This document shows positions 17,923-27,478 of a stretch of DNA of 64,000 nucleotides, piece after piece. Made by a program: the position numbers and the translations under genes. Source of the stretch: Candidatus Micrarchaeota archaeon (GTDB lineage Archaea; Micrarchaeota; Micrarchaeia; Micrarchaeales; Micrarchaeaceae); NCBI GenBank assembly GCA_028866715.1, contig JAGWHO010000006.1, positions 2,005-66,004 on the forward strand. The letters run 5' to 3'. The notes under the pieces were generated by a model. That model was given only the letters and a program-made list of their open reading frames with translations. It was not told where the DNA came from and did no database searches. How positions within the stretch are numbered: the first letter of the stretch is position 1; each line of letters opens with the position of its first letter.

Positions 17923-20589
17923 ATGATAACCTACTCTGACAAGCCCTTCCCGGATTCTGAGAGCCTTGGCGTGCTCAACCCCTACGTAAGGGAGTGGTTC
18001 ACAAAGAATTTCAGCGAGCTCACCCCGCCGCAGAAGTTCGCATTCAAGCTGATAAGCGAGCGCAAGAACGTCCTCATCACTGCGCCGACAGGCAGCGGCA
18101 AGACCATGTCGGGATTCACGTCCATAATCAGCAAGCTCTTCGATTACAGTCTTGATGGCAAGCTCGAAGACAAGATCTATTGTCTATACGTCTCGCCGCT
18201 CAGGGCCCTCAACAACGACGTCTTCAAGAACCTGACAAGGCCGCTCAACGAAGTATATGAGCTAATCAAGAAGGACAAGGGCGTGAAGATAATAAAAGAG
18301 AACATAAAGCAGGTCACCATAGGAGTGAGGACCGGCGACACGACCCAGGAAGAGAGAAGGAAGATGCTGCTCAAGCCGCCGAACATACTTGTGACTACTC
18401 CAGAGAGCCTCGCGATCCTGATAAACTCCGAGAAGTTCGTCGAGAACATGAAGAATCTTGAATATGTTATAACAGACGAGATACACGAGCTTGCGAACAA
18501 CAAGCGCGGCGTTCATCTCTCGCTGTCTGTGGCAAGGCTCGAGGAGATCATAGGCAAGAGGCTGACAAAGATAGGCCTTGGCGCAACACTCCATCCGATA
18601 GACGAGGCGGCAAAATTCCTTGTCGGATATATAGACGGCAAGCCTGACGACTGCGTGATTGTCGACGCATCGTGGAGCAAGAAGCTCGATGTCGTGGCGA
18701 TGAGCCCTGTGAAAGACCTTATCTACACCGAAGACGATGTAATCGACAAGAAGACATACGACGAGATAAACGGCATAATAAAGAAGGCGAAATCAACGCT
18801 CATATTCACAAATACGAGAAGTGGAACGGAACGCGTCGTATTCAACCTGAAGAAGAGGTTCGGCTACGGGGAGGACATAGCGGCGCACCATGGCTCGTTG
18901 TCAAGGGAATCAAGGCTTGAGGTGGAAGAGCTCCTGAAGAAGGGCTCTCTCAAGTGCGTGGTCTCGTCTACGAGCCTTGAGCTTGGCGTCGACGTTGGCG
19001 CTATAGAAAACGTTGTCCAGCTTGGTTCTCCGAAGAGCGTCACAAGGGCAGTCCAAAGAATAGGAAGGGCAGGCCATTCGTTCAAATCGATAGCGAAGGG
19101 GGAGATGATAGCGCTCAACAGGGACGACCTCATAGAGTGCACTGTAATGCTAGATGCCGCATTGAAGAGGCATCTCGATTCATTTCAGGTGCCGCAAAAC
19201 GCGCTTGACGTGCTTGCGCAGCACATAATCGGCATGTCCCTGACAAAGAAGTGGAACGTAGACGACGCTTACAGCGTTGTCAGGAACACGTACGCTTACC
19301 ATGCTCTTGACAACAAGGATTTCATGGGTTTGGTGAATTACCTTGCCGGAGCGTATGTCGGGCTTGAGAGCAGGCGCGTCTACGGCAAGATATGGTATGA
19401 CGAAAACGAGAGGATGTTCGGGAGGCGCGGCAAGCTTGCGAAAGTCATCTACATGCTGAACCTTGGCACCATACCTGATGAGGTTGCGGTAAACGTCTAC
19501 CAGGGCAGCAAGTGGATAGGGAACATAGAGGAGGAATTCCTTGCAAAGCTAAAGGTAGGAGACATCTTCACCCTCGGCGGAAGATTATATCAATTCGAGA
19601 GCGCAAAGGGCATGCGAGCGCAGGTAACAGAGGCAAAGGCAAGCGCGCCGACCATACCGCCGTGGTTCTCTGAACAGCTGCCTCTCAGCTACGAGCTGGC
19701 AGACGAGATAGGCAAATTCAGGGAAGAGTTCTCATCCATATTGAAATCCCACATAAAGAAGAAGAAACTCAAGCTATTGAGCCTCACGGCCAAGATACCT
19801 GAAGAGGCAGGCAAATATCTGGATAAACTGCCTGCTGACGCAAACGCGAAAGATGCAATATACGGATATTTCATGGAGCAATTGCTCTTTGCCAAGGAGG
19901 TTCCCTCAAACAAGCTCCTGCTCATAGAGGCAACGAGCGATCCGGAATCCGACAAGACGCACGTTGTATTCCACTCGCTGTACGGCAGAAGGATAAATGA
20001 TGCCTTATCAAGGGCATTAGGCATAGCGCTCGCCGAGATCTACGACACAGATGTAGGTATAATGGTCAACGACAACGGTTTTGTGCTGAGCGTAGAAGAG
20101 GAAATCAAGCTCAACGATAAGACTATAATGAGCATGATATCCGACATAGAGGCCCAAGGCCTCGAAAAGCTCCTCAAGAGGAACATCAGAAGGACGGAGC
20201 TCATGAAGAGGAGGTTCAGGCACGTGGCTGCAAGAAGCTTCATGATCCTCAAGAACTACAAGGGCTGGAAGATATCAGTAGGAAGGCAGCAGGTCAACTC
20301 GCAGATACTGCTCAAGGCTGCAGAGGAGATAGATCCTGATTTCCCGGTGATAAAAGAGACGTACCGCGAGATATTCAACGAGGTTATGGACCTACCAAGA
20401 GCGGAAAAGATACTCTCGGACCTCAAGGACGGAAAGCTGAAATTCAAGGTCATAAAGACGCCATTGCCATCCCCGTTCTCGCATTCCATGCTGACGTTCG
20501 GCCACGCTGATGTGATCCTCATGAAAGAGAGGCACAAGTACCTGCAAAAGCTACATAAGCTTGTGCTCCAACGTATAAGCGAGGGTTGA
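17923..20589 (+). CDS. lhr: Lhr-core type superfamily-2 DNA/RNA helicase
   Basis: APTGSGKT (Walker A), DEIHEL (DEAH-type), HHGSLSRESR and a QRIGRAGH motif, followed by the Lhr-type WH/domain-4 region. 888 aa. Confidence 0.88.
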   Translation: MITYSDKPFPDSESLGVLNPYVREWFTKNFSELTPPQKFAFKLISERKNVLITAPTGSGKTMSGFTSIISKLFDYSLDGKLEDKIYCLYVSPLRALNNDVFKNLTRPLNEVYELIKKDKGVKIIKENIKQVTIGVRTGDTTQEERRKMLLKPPNILVTTPESLAILINSEKFVENMKNLEYVITDEIHELANNKRGVHLSLSVARLEEIIGKRLTKIGLGATLHPIDEAAKFLVGYIDGKPDDCVIVDASWSKKLDVVAMSPVKDLIYTEDDVIDKKTYDEINGIIKKAKSTLIFTNTRSGTERVVFNLKKRFGYGEDIAAHHGSLSRESRLEVEELLKKGSLKCVVSSTSLELGVDVGAIENVVQLGSPKSVTRAVQRIGRAGHSFKSIAKGEMIALNRDDLIECTVMLDAALKRHLDSFQVPQNALDVLAQHIIGMSLTKKWNVDDAYSVVRNTYAYHALDNKDFMGLVNYLAGAYVGLESRRVYGKIWYDENERMFGRRGKLAKVIYMLNLGTIPDEVAVNVYQGSKWIGNIEEEFLAKLKVGDIFTLGGRLYQFESAKGMRAQVTEAKASAPTIPPWFSEQLPLSYELADEIGKFREEFSSILKSHIKKKKLKLLSLTAKIPEEAGKYLDKLPADANAKDAIYGYFMEQLLFAKEVPSNKLLLIEATSDPESDKTHVVFHSLYGRRINDALSRALGIALAEIYDTDVGIMVNDNGFVLSVEEEIKLNDKTIMSMISDIEAQGLEKLLKRNIRRTELMKRRFRHVAARSFMILKNYKGWKISVGRQQVNSQILLKAAEEIDPDFPVIKETYREIFNEVMDLPRAEKILSDLKDGKLKFKVIKTPLPSPFSHSMLTFGHADVILMKERHKYLQKLHKLVLQRISEG

Positions 20590-20590
20590 G

Positions 20591-21334
20591 ATGAGGCTCA
20601 ACGATGACATAGAACTCCTTGATGGCCTTCCGATAGCCTTCATAAGGAGCATAAACTCCCTTGTAGTGGCGGACCTGCATCTTGGGTATGAGGGCGTAAT
20701 GGCGAAGAGCGGCGTCTTCGCGCCAAAGGTCAACTCGAAGCGCATAATAGAAGAGCTTGGAAAGGCGATTGAGCTGACAAAGGCCCAGGACATAATAGTC
20801 GTAGGCGACATAAAGAGCGATTTCTCAACAGTCATACAAGACGAATTCAACGAGCTTTATGACCTCATAGAGTTTGCGAAGAAGCAAAGGGTCTCAATTA
20901 CCCTGATAAAGGGCAACCACGACAACTTCGTGGAGCGCTACAAGGATTCGTTCAAGCTCAAGGTCTACAATCAGGAGGCCATGCTCGGCTTCTACTACTT
21001 CTTCCATGGCGAGGAGGTGCCTGATATCAAGGGAAAGGGGGCGCGCATGCTGATAATGGGGCATGAGCACCCGTGCATAGCCATAACAAACTCGGTAGGA
21101 AGAAGGGAGAAACTCAGGTGCTTCTTGCACGGAAGCTACGGCAAGATACCGCTGCTGGTCATCCCCGCAATGAACTACTTCTCATCTGGCACTGCGGTGA
21201 ACGCAGAGCCGAAGCACAGCCTTCTCGCGCCTGTGCTTAAGGAGGGCGCAGACATAGACAAGATGCATGCGATTGCAGTTGGATTCGGCTCGACAATAGA
21301 CTTTGGCGAAGTCGGCAAGCTGCGCGGGCTCTAA
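20591..21334 (+). CDS. calcineurin-like metallophosphoesterase (Lhr-associated MPE/PdeM-like nuclease)
   Basis: Metallophosphoesterase motifs DLHLGYE, GDIK, GNHD and GHEH. The start is 2 nt after the lhr stop. Confidence 0.78.
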   Translation: MRLNDDIELLDGLPIAFIRSINSLVVADLHLGYEGVMAKSGVFAPKVNSKRIIEELGKAIELTKAQDIIVVGDIKSDFSTVIQDEFNELYDLIEFAKKQRVSITLIKGNHDNFVERYKDSFKLKVYNQEAMLGFYYFFHGEEVPDIKGKGARMLIMGHEHPCIAITNSVGRREKLRCFLHGSYGKIPLLVIPAMNYFSSGTAVNAEPKHSLLAPVLKEGADIDKMHAIAVGFGSTIDFGEVGKLRGL

Positions 21335-22791
21335 CGGTAGAATATCCAGGGCACTGCGTTGAGCACGAACCCCAATATCACCAATGCCGTTGCTACCTTC
21401 ACTATCATCTTGTTCTTCACGTTGGCCTTGTAGATTCTCCAGCCGTCAAATATCGGAAGCGGGAGCAGGTTGAGCACCGCAACCAGGAAATTAAGCAGCA
21501 TCGACAGCAGGAACAGCTCAGAGAAGAAATTAACCACGCTGCCGTACGCAGTTGTGATTATTCGCTTGTAGCCGGCATCTATGCCTATGATGCCATGCGA
21601 CGGATTGCCAGGCTGCTGCACCGCAGTTAAAGTGAAAGTGCCTGTCGAAGTCGCTACGGTTACTGCCTGGCCCGGAACGTCTGCGGCCGCCACAGCATTA
21701 AGCGCGGTGACGTTAGTTATGTTGTGGCCGTTCCAGGAAAGGATCTGCATCCCCGGTTGAAGGACTCCGCTTGCAGGATATCCCTGCGCCACTGTCGTGA
21801 TTACAAGAATATCTTTGTAAGCCGAAGGGGCAAGCGTGTAAGCCACTAGAAGCGAAAGGAAGAAGAAAGCTATCGCAGCTATGAAATTCGCGGAGACGCC
21901 TGCAGAGTATATCTTTGTCTGCTTCAGGCTGTCCAGCTTGTTTACTGCCTTCTCATCAGGCTCAACGAACGCGCCTATGGGGAGCGTGCCGAACAGGAGC
22001 ACGCCTATGGACTTAAGCTTTATCCTGAAGCTTCTTGCCAGTATCCCGTGCGAGAATTCATGTATTACTAGAATTATCACCAGCGAGACAAGCCCGGTAA
22101 TGAGCGGTATGTCTATTCCTGGTATAACAGGCGCAACTCCTGGAACCTGGTTCGAAATGGAAGAGCTGTTGGCCGCTCCAGCAGCAACACTGCCAAGGTA
22201 TTGGGCCAGGCCCACAAGTATCACGCCCGCATTCACGAACATGGTGCTTATCAGAAGGCCGGTGAATCCGAATACAAGCGTTATGCATATCTCAGCTATC
22301 GCAAGCGCGGATATCTGCGTCGGCTGAGGCGCGCCTGCCTGGCTCGCAATCGCATTCTGCAGCTGCGGTATGTTTATCAGGTAATAAGCGGATGAGAGGT
22401 AAGGCACAAGGAATATGTACATCAGCACAAGCGATGCCATCCCAAACGCGTAAACCCGCCTGTCTATCCTGCCCTTCACTAGCGGATAAGAGATCAGGCC
22501 GAGGCCTACAGTAAGCCCCCACATCGCCATTGCATCCCAGAACTTGGCGTGCCTCTTCGATATGTTGTCAACCGTCTTTATGCCTCTCTTTGTGCCTACG
22601 AGATACAGGCCGTAACCCCCCTTCGGCTTGAGCGATACCTGGAGAAGAAGGCCGATCACAAAGATGTCGAGTATGCCCATCCCGAACTTTTCGAGAGGCC
22701 CTCCGAAATTTGCAACGGCTATGAACCAGAGCGTAACAACAGTCAGGGCCGCAAGCGCAATGGCTACAGCGGTCTTGCTAACATTGTTCAT
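21331..22791 (-). CDS. site-2 protease family (M50) intramembrane metalloprotease with PDZ-like insert
   Basis: HEFSHG (HExxH) and NLLPLPIFDG (NxxPxxxxDG) lie in TM segments of a polytopic protein. Confidence 0.85.
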   Translation of the reverse strand: MNNVSKTAVAIALAALTVVTLWFIAVANFGGPLEKFGMGILDIFVIGLLLQVSLKPKGGYGLYLVGTKRGIKTVDNISKRHAKFWDAMAMWGLTVGLGLISYPLVKGRIDRRVYAFGMASLVLMYIFLVPYLSSAYYLINIPQLQNAIASQAGAPQPTQISALAIAEICITLVFGFTGLLISTMFVNAGVILVGLAQYLGSVAAGAANSSSISNQVPGVAPVIPGIDIPLITGLVSLVIILVIHEFSHGILARSFRIKLKSIGVLLFGTLPIGAFVEPDEKAVNKLDSLKQTKIYSAGVSANFIAAIAFFFLSLLVAYTLAPSAYKDILVITTVAQGYPASGVLQPGMQILSWNGHNITNVTALNAVAAADVPGQAVTVATSTGTFTLTAVQQPGNPSHGIIGIDAGYKRIITTAYGSVVNFFSELFLLSMLLNFLVAVLNLLPLPIFDGWRIYKANVKNKMIVKVATALVILGFVLNAVPWIFYR

Positions 22792-22887
22792 TCAAACACA
22801 GACATTATCCATTAAAACGCTTTATACCTTTGCTACGCGCAGCGAAGTATTTTAAGTCTGTATTGCGTTTACACTACCGGTGGGAAG

Positions 22888-23352
22888 ATGGAAGACTGCG
22901 AGCTGTGCGGAAACCCTACTCAAGACATTTATGTCGTTAGCGTAGAGGATGTCGAGCTCAGGGTATGTGCGAAGTGCGCCAAGGGCAAGAAGGTGATATC
23001 AACGCAAAGCGACGCAAGCAAAAAGAAGACGCGTGCGCCGAGATTTGCTATGCCTCAGAAGAAAAAGGAGGAAGACCAATCTCTTGTAGAGAATTACGGA
23101 GCAGTGATGCGGGAGGCAAGGGAGCGCATGCAGATACCATTGCCTGTGCTTGCCGAGATGCTAAACGAGAAGGAGACCCTGCTTCTGAGGATAGAGCAGC
23201 AGCAGACGCTGCCTCCTATAGCGCTGACAAAGAAGCTAGAGAAGGCGCTCAAGATAAAGCTGATAGACGAGAGCGTAGACACGGAAGCTCATACCTCAAG
23301 AGGCGGCGGGGACAAGGTCACGCTCGGAGATTTCATAGTGAAGAAAAAGTGA
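22888..23352 (+). CDS. mbf1: archaeal multiprotein-bridging factor 1 (aMBF1): zinc ribbon plus HTH
   Basis: N-terminal CELCGN...CAKCA zinc ribbon and a C-terminal cro/C1-type HTH (LAEMLNEKETLLLRIEQ). Confidence 0.85.
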   Translation: MEDCELCGNPTQDIYVVSVEDVELRVCAKCAKGKKVISTQSDASKKKTRAPRFAMPQKKKEEDQSLVENYGAVMREARERMQIPLPVLAEMLNEKETLLLRIEQQQTLPPIALTKKLEKALKIKLIDESVDTEAHTSRGGGDKVTLGDFIVKKK

Positions 23353-24414
23353 GTGCTGCGCATGGCAGTGGATCTTAGCAAGCTGGTTTCGAAGAGAAAG
23401 ATAGAGTTCGAGGAGCTCCGCGGCAAGACTGTTGCCGTAGACGCGTTCAACGTGCTTTACCAGTTCCTCTCCATAATAAGGCAGCCTGACGGCACGCCTC
23501 TCATGGACTCTCATGGCAACGTGACCAGCCATCTGTCAGGGCTTTTCTACAGGACGATAGAGCTCATAGAATACGGCATAAATCCCATCTACGTCTTCGA
23601 CGGCATTCCCTCCGTCTTGAAGCAGAAGACGATACAGGCGCGCATGCAGAGAAGGAAAGAGCAGTATGAGGCATGGCAGAAGGCAAAGGAGGAGGGCAAC
23701 ATAGAAGAGGCAAGGCTAAGGGCGCAGGGCAGCACGAGAATAACGGACCAGGTAATAGGCAGCGCAAAGGAATTGCTCGACCTCATGGGCGTGGCCCACA
23801 TAAACGCTCCAAGCGAAGGAGAGGCGCAGGCAAGCTACATGTCGAAGAAAGGGCTCGTCTACGCCACGGCAAGCCAGGACTACGACACGCTGCTGTTCGG
23901 ATCTTCATATGTTGTAAGGAATCTCACGTTCAGCGGAAGAAGAAAACTTCCGAGAAAGAACGTCTACATAAACGTCGAGCCTGAGCTCGTAAGCTTTAAG
24001 GACACGCTAGCGACTCTCGGCGTCACGCACAAGCAGCTGATATGGACCGGCATAATGCTAGGCACAGATTTCAACATGGGGATAAAGGGAGCAGGCCCAA
24101 AGACCGCGCTCAAGATCGCCAAGGCATCAAAGAGCATCGACGACTTAAAGCACCAGATAAAGGAAAAGTTTGATGTGGAATTCGAGCTCGACATAAAAGA
24201 GGTGGAAGATTTATTCCTCAACCCGGAAGTTAAGGACATAAGCAAAGACGACATCGAATCCATGCTCTCAATGAGCTACAACAAGGATGGCATAATAAAA
24301 TTCATGTGCAGGCAGCATGACTTCTCGGAAGAGCGCATCTCCAAGCAGGCAGAGAGGCTCGCTTCGAGGAAAAACGAGCAGAGGCAGAAGGGCATCGACA
24401 AGTGGCTCAAGTAG
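23353..24414 (+). CDS. fen: flap endonuclease 1
   Basis: XPG-N/I motifs (AVDAFNVLYQFL, PIYVFDG, APSEGEAQASYM, SQDYDTLLFG), an H3TH motif (LGTDFN) and a C-terminal PIP-like QKGIDKWL. Confidence 0.93.
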   Translation: MLRMAVDLSKLVSKRKIEFEELRGKTVAVDAFNVLYQFLSIIRQPDGTPLMDSHGNVTSHLSGLFYRTIELIEYGINPIYVFDGIPSVLKQKTIQARMQRRKEQYEAWQKAKEEGNIEEARLRAQGSTRITDQVIGSAKELLDLMGVAHINAPSEGEAQASYMSKKGLVYATASQDYDTLLFGSSYVVRNLTFSGRRKLPRKNVYINVEPELVSFKDTLATLGVTHKQLIWTGIMLGTDFNMGIKGAGPKTALKIAKASKSIDDLKHQIKEKFDVEFELDIKEVEDLFLNPEVKDISKDDIESMLSMSYNKDGIIKFMCRQHDFSEERISKQAERLASRKNEQRQKGIDKWLK

Positions 24415-24469
24415 TAGGAAACCTATAAATTAGTAGCAGAACAAGAATTACCGACCAGTGGTGTGAGAG

Positions 24470-24985
24470 ATGGCGAAGAAAAAGAACAATGTGATAAACA
24501 TAAATCTCGACAACCCAGACGACATAAACAACTTCCTAAACAAGGTTGTCCAGGAACTGATATCGGGGCAGCAGGGAGCGCAGCCCAATCCGGCAAATCC
24601 GTTTGTGACAGGGTTCAGCATAAAGATCGACAAATCAGGAGTTTCAATATCGGACAACAAGCAGGTCCCCAATCAGAATGGCGTGCTGACTACGCAGGCC
24701 CAGCCCCCAAGAGAGCCTCTCGTCGACATAATAGACAGGCCGAACGGAGTTTCCGTCATCGCAGAGATACCCGGAATAAAGAAGTCGAACATAGAGGTCA
24801 CGTCAAACGGTTCAAACCTGAAGATAGTGGCCAATGAGAAGGACAGGAGCTACAACAAGGCGATTGCCCTCCCGCACAGCATCAACCCCCACACTGCAAG
24901 CGCGGTCTACAACAACGGCATCCTTGAGATAAACCTAGACAAGGGAGAATACAGTGGCAAGCTGGTCAACATCAAGATAAAATAA
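24470..24985 (+). CDS. small heat-shock protein (Hsp20/alpha-crystallin family)
   Basis: Alpha-crystallin domain: DIIDRPNGVSVIAEIPGIKKSNIEV...YNKAIALP...ASAVYNNGILEINL. Confidence 0.8.
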   Translation: MAKKKNNVININLDNPDDINNFLNKVVQELISGQQGAQPNPANPFVTGFSIKIDKSGVSISDNKQVPNQNGVLTTQAQPPREPLVDIIDRPNGVSVIAEIPGIKKSNIEVTSNGSNLKIVANEKDRSYNKAIALPHSINPHTASAVYNNGILEINLDKGEYSGKLVNIKIK

Positions 24986-24994
24986 GGTGTGTTA

Positions 24995-25105
24995 ATGCAG
25001 GTAAGCGTAAAGAGATCAAGAAGAAAAATAGGAAAAAGCGCAAGGAAGGTAACGAAGGCAAAGAGGCTCAGGAAGCGCCACAGGATGAAGATGAAGCGCA
25101 GATAA
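24995..25105 (+). CDS. candidate 36-aa hyper-basic micro-protein (not in ORF track)
   Basis: ATG at 24995, with AAGGTG 7-8 nt upstream and 9 nt after the hsp20 stop. It translates to MQVSVKRSRRKIGKSARKVTKAKRLRKRHRMKMKRR* (20 of 36 residues are K/R/H). It fills the gap to the next gene exactly. Confidence 0.35.
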   Translation: MQVSVKRSRRKIGKSARKVTKAKRLRKRHRMKMKRR

Positions 25106-25687
25106 TCAGTAGATATCTGCGTATACCTGGTTGTTGAACTCGTAGGCGGTAGTATCGTCGTCTATGTTGAATGATTTTATCATGGACTCCTTGCTTGCGT
25201 GCTCCGCAGCGCCGCTCTTAAGGTCGAGCATCTTTACCTCTTTTCCGTGCTCGTAGTAGACTAAAGACATCATGGAGCCGTCCCTTATCCTGACAAACAC
25301 CTTTGCGGATGGATTGCCCAGGGCTATCAGCAGGCTGCACAGCAGTATGTTCTTGTCAAGGCTGTCGCCCATCATGAACGTGAGCGTATCTTCTGGCGAC
25401 AGCCAGAACTGGACAGGCAGCATGGCATCGTCTATCTCGTTCTTGACGAAGTCGAATGCCGCAAGCGCCGCAGCTTCGAAGTCCTTCTCATACGAGTAAG
25501 CTGGGAACGTCTCCTTTATGGCATCTGCCCTTGCCGCCACCTTATCGCTTCTCGGGGTAACCAGTGTGGGCAGCTCAGCTACCGAAATTCCTTCCTTCTC
25601 CTCTATGTAGTCGCTGTACCTTGAGATTATCGCGAGATAAACCTGCGCCAATCTCTCAAGGTGCTCCCGCTTGCCCTTCTCGTCCAT
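25106..25687 (-). CDS. hypothetical protein (weak transglutaminase-core resemblance)
   Basis: GDSLDKNILLCSLLIALGNPSAKVFV...YYEHGKEVKMLD resembles a transglutaminase-like Cys-His-Asp core, but Ser occupies the usual Cys position. This is a low-confidence resemblance only. Confidence 0.5.
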   Translation of the reverse strand: MDEKGKREHLERLAQVYLAIISRYSDYIEEKEGISVAELPTLVTPRSDKVAARADAIKETFPAYSYEKDFEAAALAAFDFVKNEIDDAMLPVQFWLSPEDTLTFMMGDSLDKNILLCSLLIALGNPSAKVFVRIRDGSMMSLVYYEHGKEVKMLDLKSGAAEHASKESMIKSFNIDDDTTAYEFNNQVYADIY

Positions 25688-25744
25688 CCTACCGCTTATA
25701 TATCAACGACAAGCGATAAAATAACTACCATACAAGGATTGTCT

Positions 25745-27478
25745 ATGTACAATAAGATACTTGCAGACATGTTCAACGAGATAGCCGCGATGCTCAGCCT
25801 CGACGACAGGCCAACCGCAAGGTTCGAGGTTAGAGCCTACCAGAAAGCGGCAATGACCATAGGCAGCATGCAGGAGGCTATAGAGGATGTCTACAGGAAG
25901 GGGGGCATGGCAGCGCTTCTGGAGCTTCCTGGCATAGGGAAGGGCATAGCTGGCAGCATAGAGGAGTACATCAAGACCGGCAAGATGGAGAAATACCAAT
26001 ACCTCAAGAAGATGTACCCGATAGACATGAAAGGCCTTACAGGCATACAGGGCCTTGGGGCCAGAAAGGCCTTCGCGCTTTACAAGAACCTTGGCGTGAA
26101 AGATATTCCGACCCTGAAGAAGGCGCTTGCAGCGCACAAGATAGCAAAACTAGAGGGTTTTGGCGAGAAAAGCGAGGAGATGATACAGAAAGGATTGGAT
26201 CTCCTAGAACGCAGCGCGGGCCGCATGCTTCTCGGCGATGCATTGCCTGTCGCAGAGGGCATAGTCCAGGAGCTCAAGGAGAGCGGCCTTGTCGACGATG
26301 CCCTTGTAGCCGGCTCGGCAAGAAGAATGCGCGAGACCGTTGGCGATCTTGACATACTCGCGCTCTCAGAAAAGTCCGACAAGGTCATGAAATTCTTCAT
26401 CGGTTTATCTGAAATAGAGAGCATTATCGCAGAGGGTCCAACAAAGACCGCAGTGAGATTGAAAATAGGCCTCAACTGCGATCTCAGAGTCATACCTTTC
26501 GAGAATTTTGCAGGAGCGGTGCAATACTTCACCGGCAACAAGGACCACAACGTCGAAGTAAGGAAGATCGCGATAAGTAAGGGCTACAAGCTCAATGAAT
26601 ACGGCCTTTTCGACAAGAAAGGGAAAATTTTCCCTGCAAAGACAGAGGAAGACATATACGCAAAGCTTGGCATCCAGTTCATGCCGCCTGAGATGCGCGA
26701 GGCAAGAGGCGAGGTAAAGCTCGCGCAGCAGAATCTGCTTAAAATGCCTGTAGAGCTGAAGGACATAAAAGGGGATTTGCACACTCACGGCTTAGACAAT
26801 AACAACAGCACTGATTCTCTTGAACCCATGGCAAATGCGGCAATGAAAATAGGCCTGAAGTATTTCGCATCTACTAACCACACAAAATCGCTGCGTGTAG
26901 AAAACGGCATGAACGACAAGCAGTTCGAGAAGTTCTTCATTCAGATAGACAAGCTGAACAAGAAACTTGACGGGAAGATACGAATACTGAAGGGCGCCGA
27001 GGTTGATATACTAAAGGACGGTTCGCTTGACCTTGAAGACAAGACCCTGAGGTCGATGGACTGGGTCGTCGGCTCCGTGCACAGCCTATTCAACATGCCT
27101 GAAGCCGAGATGACAAAGAGGGTGGTCAAGGCAATCGAATCAGGGCTGATAAGCACGGTAGGCCATCCTACCGGGAGGGAGATGCCTGCAAGAGACGCAT
27201 ACAAAATAAATCTCGACAAAGTTTACGAGGCAGCAGAGAGCAACAACGTTGCCCTTGAGATAAATGCTCAGCCCAGGAGATTGGACCTTAACGACACCAA
27301 CATAATGAACGCATCGAAGTACAAGATAAAGTTTTCATTAGGCTCTGATGCGCACAGAACTCCGCAGTTCGCTTACATGAGATACGGTGTAGGTACTGCA
27401 AGAAGGGGGTGGCTTACAAAAGACAGGATAATAAACACTATGGACTTGCCGTCTGTTCTCAGATACATTTCAAAGTAG
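25745..27478 (+). CDS. polX: family-X DNA polymerase with C-terminal PHP domain (PolX)
   Basis: HhH motifs (LPGIGKGIA, IQGLGARKA), a Pol-beta nucleotidyltransferase motif (GSARRMRETVGDLDIL) and a PHP domain (GDLHTH..., GSDAH). I trimmed the start to ATG 25745 to remove overlap with the divergent gene. Confidence 0.9.
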   Translation: MYNKILADMFNEIAAMLSLDDRPTARFEVRAYQKAAMTIGSMQEAIEDVYRKGGMAALLELPGIGKGIAGSIEEYIKTGKMEKYQYLKKMYPIDMKGLTGIQGLGARKAFALYKNLGVKDIPTLKKALAAHKIAKLEGFGEKSEEMIQKGLDLLERSAGRMLLGDALPVAEGIVQELKESGLVDDALVAGSARRMRETVGDLDILALSEKSDKVMKFFIGLSEIESIIAEGPTKTAVRLKIGLNCDLRVIPFENFAGAVQYFTGNKDHNVEVRKIAISKGYKLNEYGLFDKKGKIFPAKTEEDIYAKLGIQFMPPEMREARGEVKLAQQNLLKMPVELKDIKGDLHTHGLDNNNSTDSLEPMANAAMKIGLKYFASTNHTKSLRVENGMNDKQFEKFFIQIDKLNKKLDGKIRILKGAEVDILKDGSLDLEDKTLRSMDWVVGSVHSLFNMPEAEMTKRVVKAIESGLISTVGHPTGREMPARDAYKINLDKVYEAAESNNVALEINAQPRRLDLNDTNIMNASKYKIKFSLGSDAHRTPQFAYMRYGVGTARRGWLTKDRIINTMDLPSVLRYISK

